A stretch of DNA of 64,000 nucleotides from assembly GCA_951406725.2 (NCBI GenBank), contig OX597830.1, forward strand, positions 5,580,001-5,644,000. The letters run 5' to 3'. Both the position numbers and the translations under genes were made by a program. This DNA comes from Octopus vulgaris (taxonomy: Eukaryota). The notes beneath the pieces were generated by a model. The model made no database searches, was not told where the DNA came from, and worked only from the letters and a program-made list of their open reading frames with translations. The stretch's first letter is position 1; every line of letters starts with the position of its first letter. Shown piece by piece: positions 52,902 to 64,000 of the stretch.

Positions 52902-55833
52902 GTAGCACACTTATATATGTGCAAGGGAATAGGTGGGCAGTTGTGAAGCGAGTACTCAAAACCAATAAACGCATAAGTAGATAACACATACATACGTTAA
53001 AATGCATACACTTATACACATAACTATATGTCTGTGTGTGTGTGTGTGTGTTTGTAACCATATATATATATACTTGTATATATACACACGTATACGTTCA
53101 TATATATATTTAAACATATATATACGCGAACATATATATATATATATGTATATGTATATATATATAGATAGATAGACAGAGAGAGAGAGAGAGATATATA
53201 CACACACATATATTCACGTGTATACATGAAAAAATTCCTTACGTCTACGAGATTGTCCCAAATATATTCTCTTCGATGGCAAACCATACATATACACAGA
53301 TGCACGCACACATGTACACGCATTCGCTCACACGTGCACACGCACATATACAGATTTATATTTATACTCCCAGACGTACACGTTTACCTCATATACGTGT
53401 AATTTAAACGATAAATATTTTTGAAAAACATAGATATATATACACATACACACATACATACATATTTACACACACACACACACATATATATATATGTAAA
53501 TAGATATATATGAATATAAATATATGTATATATATATATATATATATGTAAATAGATATTATATATGAATATATATATATATATATACATGTATGTGTGT
53601 GGGGGGGTATAGTTATATATATATATACATATATATTTATAGTTATATGCTTACTCACAAATGTGTACACACATAGACGCATAAACACACATATACGCAC
53701 ACACATATATGTATACTCACGGACATATATACACATCTGTGAATATTTCTTGGTGTACACCCATTGGTGTGTGTTTGGAATTTAAAACATTATCAATATT
53801 GATTGATTTCTGTAAATAATCCTATGATACCATTCTTTAAAGCCATTTTGTAAAGATAACGCCATAAGGTGCTCATTGATTTTTGGTTCCTGATTTCTGT
53901 TTGATTCTAACACATGTAAGCCATCAATCTGTCTCGGAAAAAAAAAAGAAACACAATGATAAAAACTTATTTTGCGTTATGATTTCCTTAATTGTTTCGC
54001 GATGTCTTTTTTATGATTGCCCGATGTATGTGATAAAGAAAAGAAAACAAACAAACAAACATGTCGTATTGATTGAAGAAAAAATTGTATATTTCATGTA
54101 TAATATATATAATGGCAGAAGACGTTCTCCAGAATCACGCGGTTAACAAAACAACCGCCGCATCCAACTACCAGTAGTTCGATATTGGCTGAAATAAGCA
54201 GACAGACAAACTGAGAAAACAAATCTATATTATACAAACATTTTCTACACAGACTCACAGACTAACAGACAGATGAAGAAAACAAATTTACATTATCAAA
54301 ACATTTTAAATGGGAGAGATATAATTACTCTTTCACTGTTTATCTTGAGAGACACAGAAATCCATATATCTTTCTTTAGTCATACGTAAGTTTGTGGTTG
54401 AGTGTTTGTTACATGCGCACGCATACGTTTAAAAATAGTTTCCGTCTATGGGCCCTTTTGGTTTCTATTTTGCTCTACTGGATCTTCATAGCAACTCACT
54501 GAAAATAATATTACTTTGTGTTTCTATAGTTAAATATTATTAAAAATTGTATTAAAAAATATTAAAATATTTTGTGTGATGTAGAAATACAATCAATTTG
54601 TTGCAGATAAATTTTAACAATAAGATCTTGTCTGGTCCTTCAAGGACCATACGGACCGTGGTTGAGAACTGTTTGTTTAGTAAGTGGAGCTCTTCCTGTT
54701 GCTATATATTGGTTTTAGGTTCTCGCATCTGATGTAATTGGTCTTGTGTCCTCTCTAACCACGAACATTTCGTCCCTCTTCATCAGCTCAAGTATTTTGT
54801 GTGTTTCTTACCAAAAGCAAAGCTCTGGGTCACAACATACAAAACTAATGAGAGGCGGGAAAGGAAGATATCCAGAAACCAGGCGTAGGCTCCAAATTGT
54901 TAGGAGTCGACTCTCCTAAAATCATCCAATCTGGTGTTGGTGTAAAACTGGAATCTGGAATAAGTCTATAACATTAGCAGCTATCACTGCGATTTGAACC
55001 CAGATTTTACAGACCTGCAATAAATACCAAAAGGCGCCTGCCCACGGTTTAACGCTTCTACCACTCCATCTTCTTAAACTGCTGTTTTGTTTATCAATCC
55101 AAGAAGATTTGGAGGTAAACTTGATGGCATTTACATTTGAAATCGTAACGCAAGAGGCCAGAATAATTTTCGCTGACTCTTTATGAATTCTTGCAATCCG
55201 ATTCCAAATATACAAAATCCTAAAACTGTAAAACATTTCTTACAGTTTCATGATTTCCCGCCATCAACATTCTTTATCGTCTGAAGAACTGTTCACATGT
55301 AAAAACTCCGACGAACGTCAAAAACATGTCATTCAAACCAAATAAATACATAGAATAAAAAAATGCGTAGCTAACTACATGCTACCTCCCGTTCGAGTGC
55401 ACGTGTTTCAATGTACAGGCGTATACATATATGTAAGTATATATTTCTGTATGTATGTGTGCATGTATGTGTGTATGTATGCGTGGGTGAGTGTATGTAT
55501 GCATGTATACATACAAATAAATAAATGAATATATACGCATCTACTTTTGGGAGGCAGCAGGAAAGAAAGTGATGGAGAGACGTGTCTTTGTGTATATGTT
55601 TGTGCGCATGGATTCGTGTATGTACATGTGTGTTCGTGTGTGCATGGTTGTGTGACATAGACGTGTGGTTAGACGGTTGAACGATGGCATGCCACACATA
55701 TTGTTTACAATTACAATAATGAGAAGAAAATATGTTAGTTTCCCCCGGACTGCGCTGCTCTGAAATTTTCATTCATCAGGGGCGGTGACCTGCACTGATC
55801 TGAAACCGACAAAGGGTAGGATACAGTTACACA

Positions 55834-55881
<48 letters not shown>

Positions 55882-55984
55882 TACACACACACAGAAACAC
55901 ACACAACAAACACGTGTATGCATGTATATACATATGTGTGTATACATATATATATATATTATCTCGTGAGCTGAAACTAGATGA

Positions 55985-56020
<36 letters not shown>

Positions 56021-56031
56021 TTAAACATGTA

Positions 56032-56079
<48 letters not shown>

Positions 56080-56553
56080 TAAGTACATGTTTAAGTATAT
56101 TACACACACACGCACACACACAAAACACACGTACAACCAAACACATCCAAACAACCACAGATGCATAGAGGATGAATTACAGCTTAAACAAGTCATTTAA
56201 TCTGACACCAGTTTCTAAACATCTCAACAAAAAAGCAACAAACCTCAAAAATGATTTACTGATGTGTTAAACATAAGAAAGCCCACCGTTGCTCCGTTAC
56301 TCCTGTCTTCGAACCCCACCCCACCCTCCTTATTTTTGTTTTCTGTTTACCTTTACGTCTCTATTTCAAACACATTTTTGCTAGTCCTTCATTCCTCTCT
56401 TAACCAGTCGCATTGTTTCAATTTCCTTCCTTTTGTATTCCTCGTTTTTCCTTCCTCTTTAAGATGTTACTATAATATCTAACACCTCTCTTCTTCAGTA
56501 TATCATTTAATGCAAATTTGTAGTGTTGAACGGGTGTCTGTAATACTCTGCAG

Positions 56554-56604
<51 letters not shown>

Positions 56605-56607
<3 letters not shown>

Positions 56608-56996
56608 AATACATTCTAGAAATAACAAAGCTCAACCGCAAATAATTATCCGAAACCAGGAGAAATTAAAAAACAACATACGATGATTTATCTATAATAA
56701 ATTAAATATCATACTTATATATATATAAATATCGGAACAGAATGAAAATATCTATATATTTCTTACTATATATATTGGCTTATATATAGGTTAGTTTATA
56801 AACAGTAGATGAAACATCGTATAAGAAATTACAGGGTAAATGTTTTTAATTTTCTCCTGGTTTGCGGAAAAGGCAATAAAATATGGCCGTTCCTTGATTG
56901 TGATGTTGAACGTATAAATGGTCTATGACTATTTAATTTTTTCCCACTGCTGGGCAAAAAATTCTACAAAATCTTTTTGCCACCCTATATTGATTG

Positions 56997-56998
<2 letters not shown>
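56605..56998 (+). mobile_element. imperfect fold-back insert in (TA)n, probable Penelope-like remnant
   Basis: Inverted repeat ccgaaaccaggagaaattaaaaa (56650) / tttttaattttctcctggtttgcgg (to 56867); GAAACATCGTA flanked by a tctta/taaga stem. Confidence 0.5.
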
Positions 56999-57041
<43 letters not shown>

Positions 57042-57047
<6 letters not shown>

Positions 57048-57282
57048 AAAAGGCAATAAAATAAAAAAGACAGCACAAAGACATTTTAGCTATTAGGCTA
57101 TATGTTATTCATATATAAGTACATTAAAGGCCTCTAAAAGAAGAAGCGAGTACTAGATACACAAAAATATAAGATGAACCGAGTTTGTAAACGTTTTTAA
57201 TTTTCATTTCATTGAATTTATCCAAATTTTGTGTATCTAGTACTCGCTTCTTCTTTTAGAGGCCTTTAATGTACTTATATAT
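57042..57282. mobile_element. fold-back insert in (TA)n with perfect 56-bp arms
   Basis: 57111-57166 is the exact reverse complement of 57227-57282; 60-nt spacer; about 70 bp unpaired tail on the left. Confidence 0.7.
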
Positions 57283-57298
57283 ATATAATATATATATA

Positions 57299-57331
<33 letters not shown>

Positions 57332-57364
57332 CATTATCATCATTATCATTATTATTATTGTTAA

Positions 57365-57408
<44 letters not shown>

Positions 57409-57867
57409 GTATTGTTGTTGTTGCTGCTGTTGCTTTTCGTTTTCTTCCTTATGTTATCATTATCATTATTATTATTATATCGGTTTTTCTCGCCAATATA
57501 TTTCGGCGAAAGATGAATGTGCACACATGCAAGCTCTCTCGTTCACTCACTCACTTCTTCTCTCTCCCTCTCTCTGTCATCCTCTCTCTCTCTCTCTCTC
57601 TCTCTCTGATTGATGCACAGACGCACATACGTACACACAGTTACACATATACATATATATTATTTACGTGTCTGTGAGTGTGTGTGTGTGTGTGTGTGCC
57701 ACCACTAACAAAATTTCGATGTCATTGCCAAACTCCTCTCTCCTATTTAAATAGAATATTCTCTGTTCTTCAGTTCATGTCTGCTTTTATGAATAACATA
57801 CAAAAAAAACATCTGTTCATACACGTACATGTATTTCAATATGTCTGTATGTATGTAAATATGCATT

Positions 57868-57899
<32 letters not shown>

Positions 57900-58019
57900 C
57901 ACACACACATATATACACATACATACATGCATGCATGCATGCATACATGCATACATACATACATACATACATACATACATACATACATACATACATACAT
58001 ACATACACACACATATATA

Positions 58020-58330
58020 ACTGGTACTCCGTCAGTTACAACGATTAGTGCTCCACTTGATCCGATCAACAGAACAGCCTACTCGTGAAATTAACATTCA
58101 AGTGGCTGGGTACTCCATAGACACTAGTACTCTTGACGAAGGTCGCAGAGAGAATCAGCGTCGCGAAGAATGTGACAAGGCCGATCTCTTGAATTACGGT
58201 TACAACTCTTTTTTGCCAGCTGGAGCAACAAGAAAGAACGTGCTGAAGGACACAACGCGCCGGCAGGAACTGAACTCACGATATTACAGTCTCGAGTTTA
58301 ATACCTGAACCACTAAGCTACGCGTCTTCA
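58020..58330 (-). mobile_element. tRNA-derived SINE family E
   Basis: Minus-strand head tgaagacgcgTAGCTTAGTGG...GAGTTCAGTTCC...gttgtgtccttcagca. A diverged plus-strand copy lies at about 58470-58695. Confidence 0.75.
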
Positions 58331-59039
58331 TATGCACACACACAAACTTGCACAGATATATACACACATACACAATATGTATGAATATGCGTGTATGTGT
58401 GTTTATACATATATGCGTGTGTATTTGTGTGTGTGAATGCTTGTTCATGTGTCGAATTGCGCTTAAGGAATTCACTGCGGATAATACGAGGTCCCAGGTT
58501 CGCTTCTATTGTTTCGCATCTCGGACAAATATAAGGCATAGACATGTCACATACTGTACCACAATGATTCTGTATGAGAATTACGTTAATGGCATACATG
58601 TCTGAGGAATATTCAGCCACCTTTAGGTTTATTTTATGACTAAGATATTCATTTCACAGAACAACTGAATCCCTATCAAAACCGACGGAGATCCAATCGT
58701 ATATACGCTTATATACATATATATGTTTGTATGTGTGCGTACAAAGTGTGTGTGTGTGTGTATGTGTGTATATGTATGTGTGTATATGTGTGTGTATGTA
58801 CGTGTGTATGCGTGCGCGTATCATAAAGACCAATTAGAATCCTCTGCGTTTTTGCGGTTTGTCTCGATGAAAGTGATTTATCAGAAAACAGGAAAACTAT
58901 AATGAGTTTACCTTCCGTGTCAGTGATTTTGTTGAAAAATTACAAAATAATTTATAGCCTGCTGCTATAGTTGCCATCAACTATAGAGAATTCCTCAGTT
59001 CCTTCATATGATACAATTTTTTTAAGCAAATTAAATGGG

Positions 59040-59830
59040 AGATTCCAAATGCATGCCTGTTGCTATATTAACGGACAAAATTATCTGTCGTTCGGTACAA
59101 GAATACAAATGGTAAATTTGTGAAAGATTTCTTGGAGGTTCTTCCATTTGCGAAAATAGAGATGCTCAACCGACATCGCATTTAGCTATAAAGTATGCAG
59201 ATGAGCTATGCTATTTGTTTTTTGTTTTTTTTTTTAATGGAAATTAGTTGCTTGAACGTAGGACGATACTTCTGCCATGGAAAACAAACTTTATCCTGGT
59301 TATTTCAAAATTACAGATTTCATAAGCACTAATTCTCGAAACTTATTCTCATATAATCATTTTCTTTTAAAAATCAAGTTGCTTTCGCATTTCTCAAAAC
59401 AATATTTTTTCCCAATATTCTTATAAATTGGTTGCTATTGTTAACAGCACCACCAAGAGATCTTCATTATTCTATGATATTGCGGGATATATTTCTCAAA
59501 CATTCTCCAACGAGATGGAGCTGGCCATTCCAATTGGCTGAAATTGTTAAGGGAAAATAAGACAAGAAAAAAAAAAAAGAAAAAGGAAAAGCATCGCTTT
59601 CATAATATTCAGGAATTCTAGTGTTTTGAAGATAAAACGCAAAATGAAGCAAATGGATTTTCAACTGGTCTCGAATTCTTCAATGTCATTTAACATTTCG
59701 AGTATCTTCCGGCATTTTTTTCTTTTCAATTCACTGTGCATATTTTTGAGGAAATCTACTGATATTGCTTTTAGCTTTATTACAGCTGAAAGAACTTTCA
59801 CCAAAATTTAAGAAATGATGGAAGCTAAGT
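59040..59830 (+). mobile_element. possible hAT transposase fossil
   Basis: LSVVRYKNTNGK/ICERFLG (frameshift) at about 59080-59140 and ITAERTFTKI at about 59780-59808 resemble hAT catalytic-region and dimerisation (AERSFS) motifs. Confidence 0.45.
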
Positions 59831-60645
59831 TTGATGACAACGGTGGTTCTTATTTTCTCTAGAAAAAGAATGAATCTTTCACCTCAAGAATGCTAGTACT
59901 TGAAACACATGGAAAGCATGAAGAATTTAGACTCTAAAAATTCATCTACTTCTAATGCTTTTCTAGAGAGAGTTTTCAAATTTCTAACTGTAGTAAACTT
60001 TGTTTTCGTTTTACTGGCCTTAGCTCCCAATTACAAAACTATAGTCAAGCAGTGAAGAGTTTTCTAAATACCAATTAGAAAATGAAATGCATGAAGGGAT
60101 TTTCAAAAGCACACAAACTAATAAATTTCGTCTTAAATTTCTCAAAGATACCTTAAACTGTTGAGTGATCTTATACTGCTTTCAATTGAATAAAAAATAT
60201 CTGCAAAACATCAAATTCGAAAAAAGAACAGCACAATTTGGTGTGTTCTCAAGCGAAGAAAATAATGGAGGGAAAGCGAGAAATTATTTTAAGCGGTTTT
60301 CACGGAAAGAGTTTGCCAAAGAAGTCGTAAGGATGAGTTTCACTTCAAGTAAATTATTTTGTTGCAATTTTTGCGGTAAACTTACTTTTTATTGCTATTT
60401 AATTTGTTAAGTCAGTGTGAAATAATGTGAAGTGCTACAGTCTTGCAACAAAACCTAAAAAAACGAATGCAAAAACAAAACGTTACGCGTTTTAATATAA
60501 ATCTTTGTTTTTATTAAAGATAGCGTCAAGTAGGATTTATATAATGTTTATCCGCCTTCAATTATACGGTTTTGAGTTTTAAAATTGCATACTTTGGATT
60601 AAATATCAGCAGTCAATATACATACATACATATATATATATATAT

Positions 60646-60829
60646 ACCAGAGTAAGCACATAAATGCGAAAAAATGTGGAAAAATAGTACTCGAATACCA
60701 GAGGTAGAGTAATATGCTTTATTCAAAAGCAACACAAATATCACAAGAGTTTTACGTTCCTCTTCGACGGACGGGAACGTGAAACTCTGACTAACGGCTT
60801 ATGTGATATTTTTGCTGCTTTTTAATAAA

Positions 60830-60835
<6 letters not shown>
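60646..60835 (+). mobile_element. short fold-back insert in (TA)n, probable Penelope-like remnant
   Basis: Inverted repeat 60712-60745 / 60802-60835, inner hairpin agagttttacgttcc...ggaacgtgaaactct, and a 65-bp unpaired tail. Confidence 0.65.
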
Positions 60836-60921
<86 letters not shown>

Positions 60922-60934
60922 ATACATATCTTAT

Positions 60935-61194
60935 CTTTTATCGTTTACTTGTTTCAGTCATATGACTGTGTCGATGTTGGGGCATCACCTTGAAAGATTT
61001 TAGTCAAACAAATCGAACGCAGAACTATTTTTAAAGCTTAATGCTTATTGTATCGGGCTCATTGACAAACCGCTAATTTACGGGGATGTAAACATGCCAA
61101 CACCGGTCATCAGGCAGTAATACAGGTACAGTCACAGACACAAGGACATCCATAAATAAGTACATGTATACATACATGCATATGTCTATATGTA

Positions 61195-61236
<42 letters not shown>

Positions 61237-61491
61237 TGTGTGTGTGTGTCTGTGTGTGTGTATAATGTATATATATACGTGTGTGTGTATATATATATAT
61301 AGGCGCAGTAATGGTTGTGTATAGGCGCAGGAGTGGCTGTGTGGTAAGTAGCTTGTATACCAACCCCAAGGATGCGGGTTCAGCCCCACTATGTGACACA
61401 GTGGGTAAGTATCTCCTACTATAGCCTCGGGCCGACCAAAGCCTTGAGTGGATTTGGTAGGTGAGAACTGAAAGAAACCCGTTGTATATAC

Positions 61492-61571
<80 letters not shown>

Positions 61572-61930
61572 GTGTTTGTGCGTGTCTTTTCCCCTGCTCC
61601 CACAGCAGCGCTTGACATTCGATGCTGGTGTGTTTATGTCACCGTAACTTAGCGGTTCGGCAAAAGAGACCAAAAAAATAAGTCCTGGGGTCGATTTGCT
61701 CGACCATGCCCGCATTCAAATGACTGAAACAAGTAAAAGGATATATATATATATATATATATATACGACATGCTTCTTTCAGTTTCCATCTAACAAATCC
61801 ACTCACAATGTTCTGGACTTTCCGAGGCCATAATAGAAGATACTTGCCCAAGTTGCTACACAGTGGGTCTGAACCTGGAACCATGTAATTAGGATGCAAG
61901 CTTCTTACCACACAGCACCGCCTGCGCCTA
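60935..61930 (-). mobile_element. SINE family C (outer copy): 5' half at 61765-61930, 3' half at 60935-61140
   Basis: Reverse complements of the family C head and of the tail (ttttacttgtttcagtca-like sequence at about 60943). Confidence 0.8.
61323..61740 (+). mobile_element. SINE family C (inner copy) with internal (TA)n(TG)n
   Basis: aggcgcaggagtggctgtgtggtaag...gaaagaaacccgttgtata[(TA)n(TG)n]...caaatgactgaaacaagtaaaagg. Confidence 0.88.
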
Positions 61931-61932
61931 TA

Positions 61933-62317
61933 TCTCTCTCTATATAAACGGCAGTTTGTCTGTGTGTGTTTCTGTGTGTCTGTTTGGTTGTACCCCCACT
62001 CTGACCACGGCTTCCAACCGATTCTGATGAAACTTGACACACACATAGCCCAATGTCATAATTCAAAACTAACGCAGCGAAAACTTTGAAAAGTTCCCCC
62101 AGTTCTGAAAAAGATCGATAAATTCGACATGGGGTCGACAATCAGAAACACAAACCACAGATGGTCTAGGGGACGCAACTCGACCTTTTTAACTATCAAA
62201 AAAAATTTACCATCATTTTTTTCCCCATTTTTTTGCTATTTTTTGGCTATAACTCTCTAAAAATGCTTTATAGTTATTTCCCTTACAAACCCGAGCAACG
62301 CCGGGCGATGCTGCTAG
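61933..62317 (+). mobile_element. non-autonomous Helitron-like element
   Basis: A|TCTCTCTCTATATAAAC 5' end; cccgagcaacgccggg hairpin at 62290-62305; CTAG|T at 62314-62318. The 3' end is shared with 22937-22964. Confidence 0.8.
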
Positions 62318-62814
62318 TTTGTAAATATAGAAATGAATGTACGTAGGAATGAATGAATGCATGTAAATATGTGTGTACTATTATGGAAATCAGCATTTAT
62401 TAGAAAATCTAAATATTATTTAAAGCAAAACCAGAAAATGTTCATACTCTATCAAAGACGTCTTTAAAGCATGGAACTGATATCTATTCTTTATTTTCTC
62501 CAGGATATTGTCTACCACCAGAAATTCAAACTGTATGGTAGATGGAGCAAAATAACTCACATATCGGCCGAATTAGGAAGAAGATAATGTCGGCAAGGTT
62601 AACGTCTAAAGGTGCCCAGGCACGCCTTTTAAAATTTGGCTGTATCTTTGCTGCTTCGAATTCTCTCTGTTAAACTGCATAATTTTTTTTTCATACAGCA
62701 TCATTTACGTAATTATACAACAATCAGTTTGGAAATGTCACATTCTTTAAATTTCGTATCAGCATTCTATTGCTACACGCTATCCATATTCTCCCATTTG
62801 TTTACAATCTCTGT

Positions 62815-62975
62815 TTCCTCCTCCTTCTCCTCCTCCTCCACTTCTTCCTCCTCCTCTTCTTCTTCCTCCTCCACTTCTTCCCCTTCCTACTCCTCCCCTC
62901 CCCCCTCAACTACTTCCTCTTCTTCTTCCTTCTCGCCTCCTCCTCCTCCTCCACCTTCTCTCCTCCTCCTCCATC
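62815..62975. repeat. (CCT/CTT)n pyrimidine tract
   Basis: Read directly from the sequence. Confidence 0.9.
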
Positions 62976-63528
62976 ATTTCCTCTTCGTTTTTCTTTTTCC
63001 CCCTCTTTTACGTATCCTAAATATTACCACTCTCCGTGTGTCGGTCTTCCACACACACACACACACACACAAAACCTCTGTCCCTCACAGACACAGACAT
63101 CCGCACTATTTAACTCGCCCACACACACACTCTCTCCCTTAATTTTCGTTGTTCTTGTAACAATAGCCACTCAACCACATCTACGTCCATCAATCTACCG
63201 ACTTAACAGTCTAATTGTATTTCTTTGCATGTCTGTGTGTCCAATCCTTACGCATGTCCGTGTGTATAACTGTAACATGAATATTAATGTCCCTGTACGT
63301 GTATGCATGCACAGACTCTCACACTCATGGTGTCTCTTTGTCTTGCATCATATACATACATACATACATACATACATACAAACATACATACGTACGTACG
63401 TACATACATACATACATACATACATAAGTACATATATGCATGCATGCGTATACGCATTTACATGTATATATGTATAAATATGTATTTATATAGATGTCTG
63501 TGTATACGTATATACGTATATATATGAT

Positions 63529-63567
<39 letters not shown>

Positions 63568-63669
63568 CACATATTACATGCAAGCAGACACAGAGACATA
63601 TATATATATTTATATATATGTATATGCAGATATATACATGCCATACGCTTATATCTATATGTGTGTGTG

Positions 63670-63724
<55 letters not shown>

Positions 63725-64000
63725 ATGTATGTATATATACAGGTGTGTGTATGAGGGTATGTATATATGTATACATCTATGTATATGTAGATATTCAGTT
63801 TTTCTCCCTCCAGCCTGTCTGCGCTCATACTTACTGACAGACTAACAACAAACCCCGTCTCTGTTCTTTCTCTAAGAATTTCCAGCGACTCTCCTCCACC
63901 AGAAGCAAACCTGCTCTAAACTGGCTGCTATGTCAGCCATTTACATGCAATGTATCAAAATTACGTTAACGACTGGAGGGATTCTCTACCTGTCTGCTTC

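Noticed and set aside
54435-54680. hAT-type MITE
   Set aside because: Only one end (ggttgagaactg) resembles a TIR; no matching left TIR or TSD is visible.
62636-63477. Ser/Pro-rich and 235-aa ORFs
   Set aside because: Composed of (CCT)n, (CA)n and (CATA)n repeats.

Overview
Eukaryotic, AT-rich, gene-poor DNA, intergenic or a large intron. The SINE families I recall and the extreme microsatellite load point to an octopus (coleoid cephalopod) genome; this is an inference, not checked against a database. I found no intact protein-coding gene, and almost all ORFs in the track are microsatellite read-through. The window is a mosaic of microsatellites and several tRNA-derived SINE families (labelled A-F here). 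It also holds decayed RLE-type non-LTR retrotransposons (three R4/Dong-like pieces and one Hero-like 3' end), four mariner fossils, a MITE, non-autonomous Helitron-like elements and a weak hAT fossil. The most interesting signal is a set of sequence-unrelated 0.2-0.6 kb inserts sitting in (TA)n tracts. Most are asymmetric fold-backs, and several carry hammerhead-ribozyme cores (CTGANGA...GAAAC). They are best read as Penelope-like pseudo-LTR remnants. The best case is a ~475 bp palindrome at 29461-29935 with a hammerhead-like motif on each strand. Coordinates were read by eye, so boundaries are approximate.
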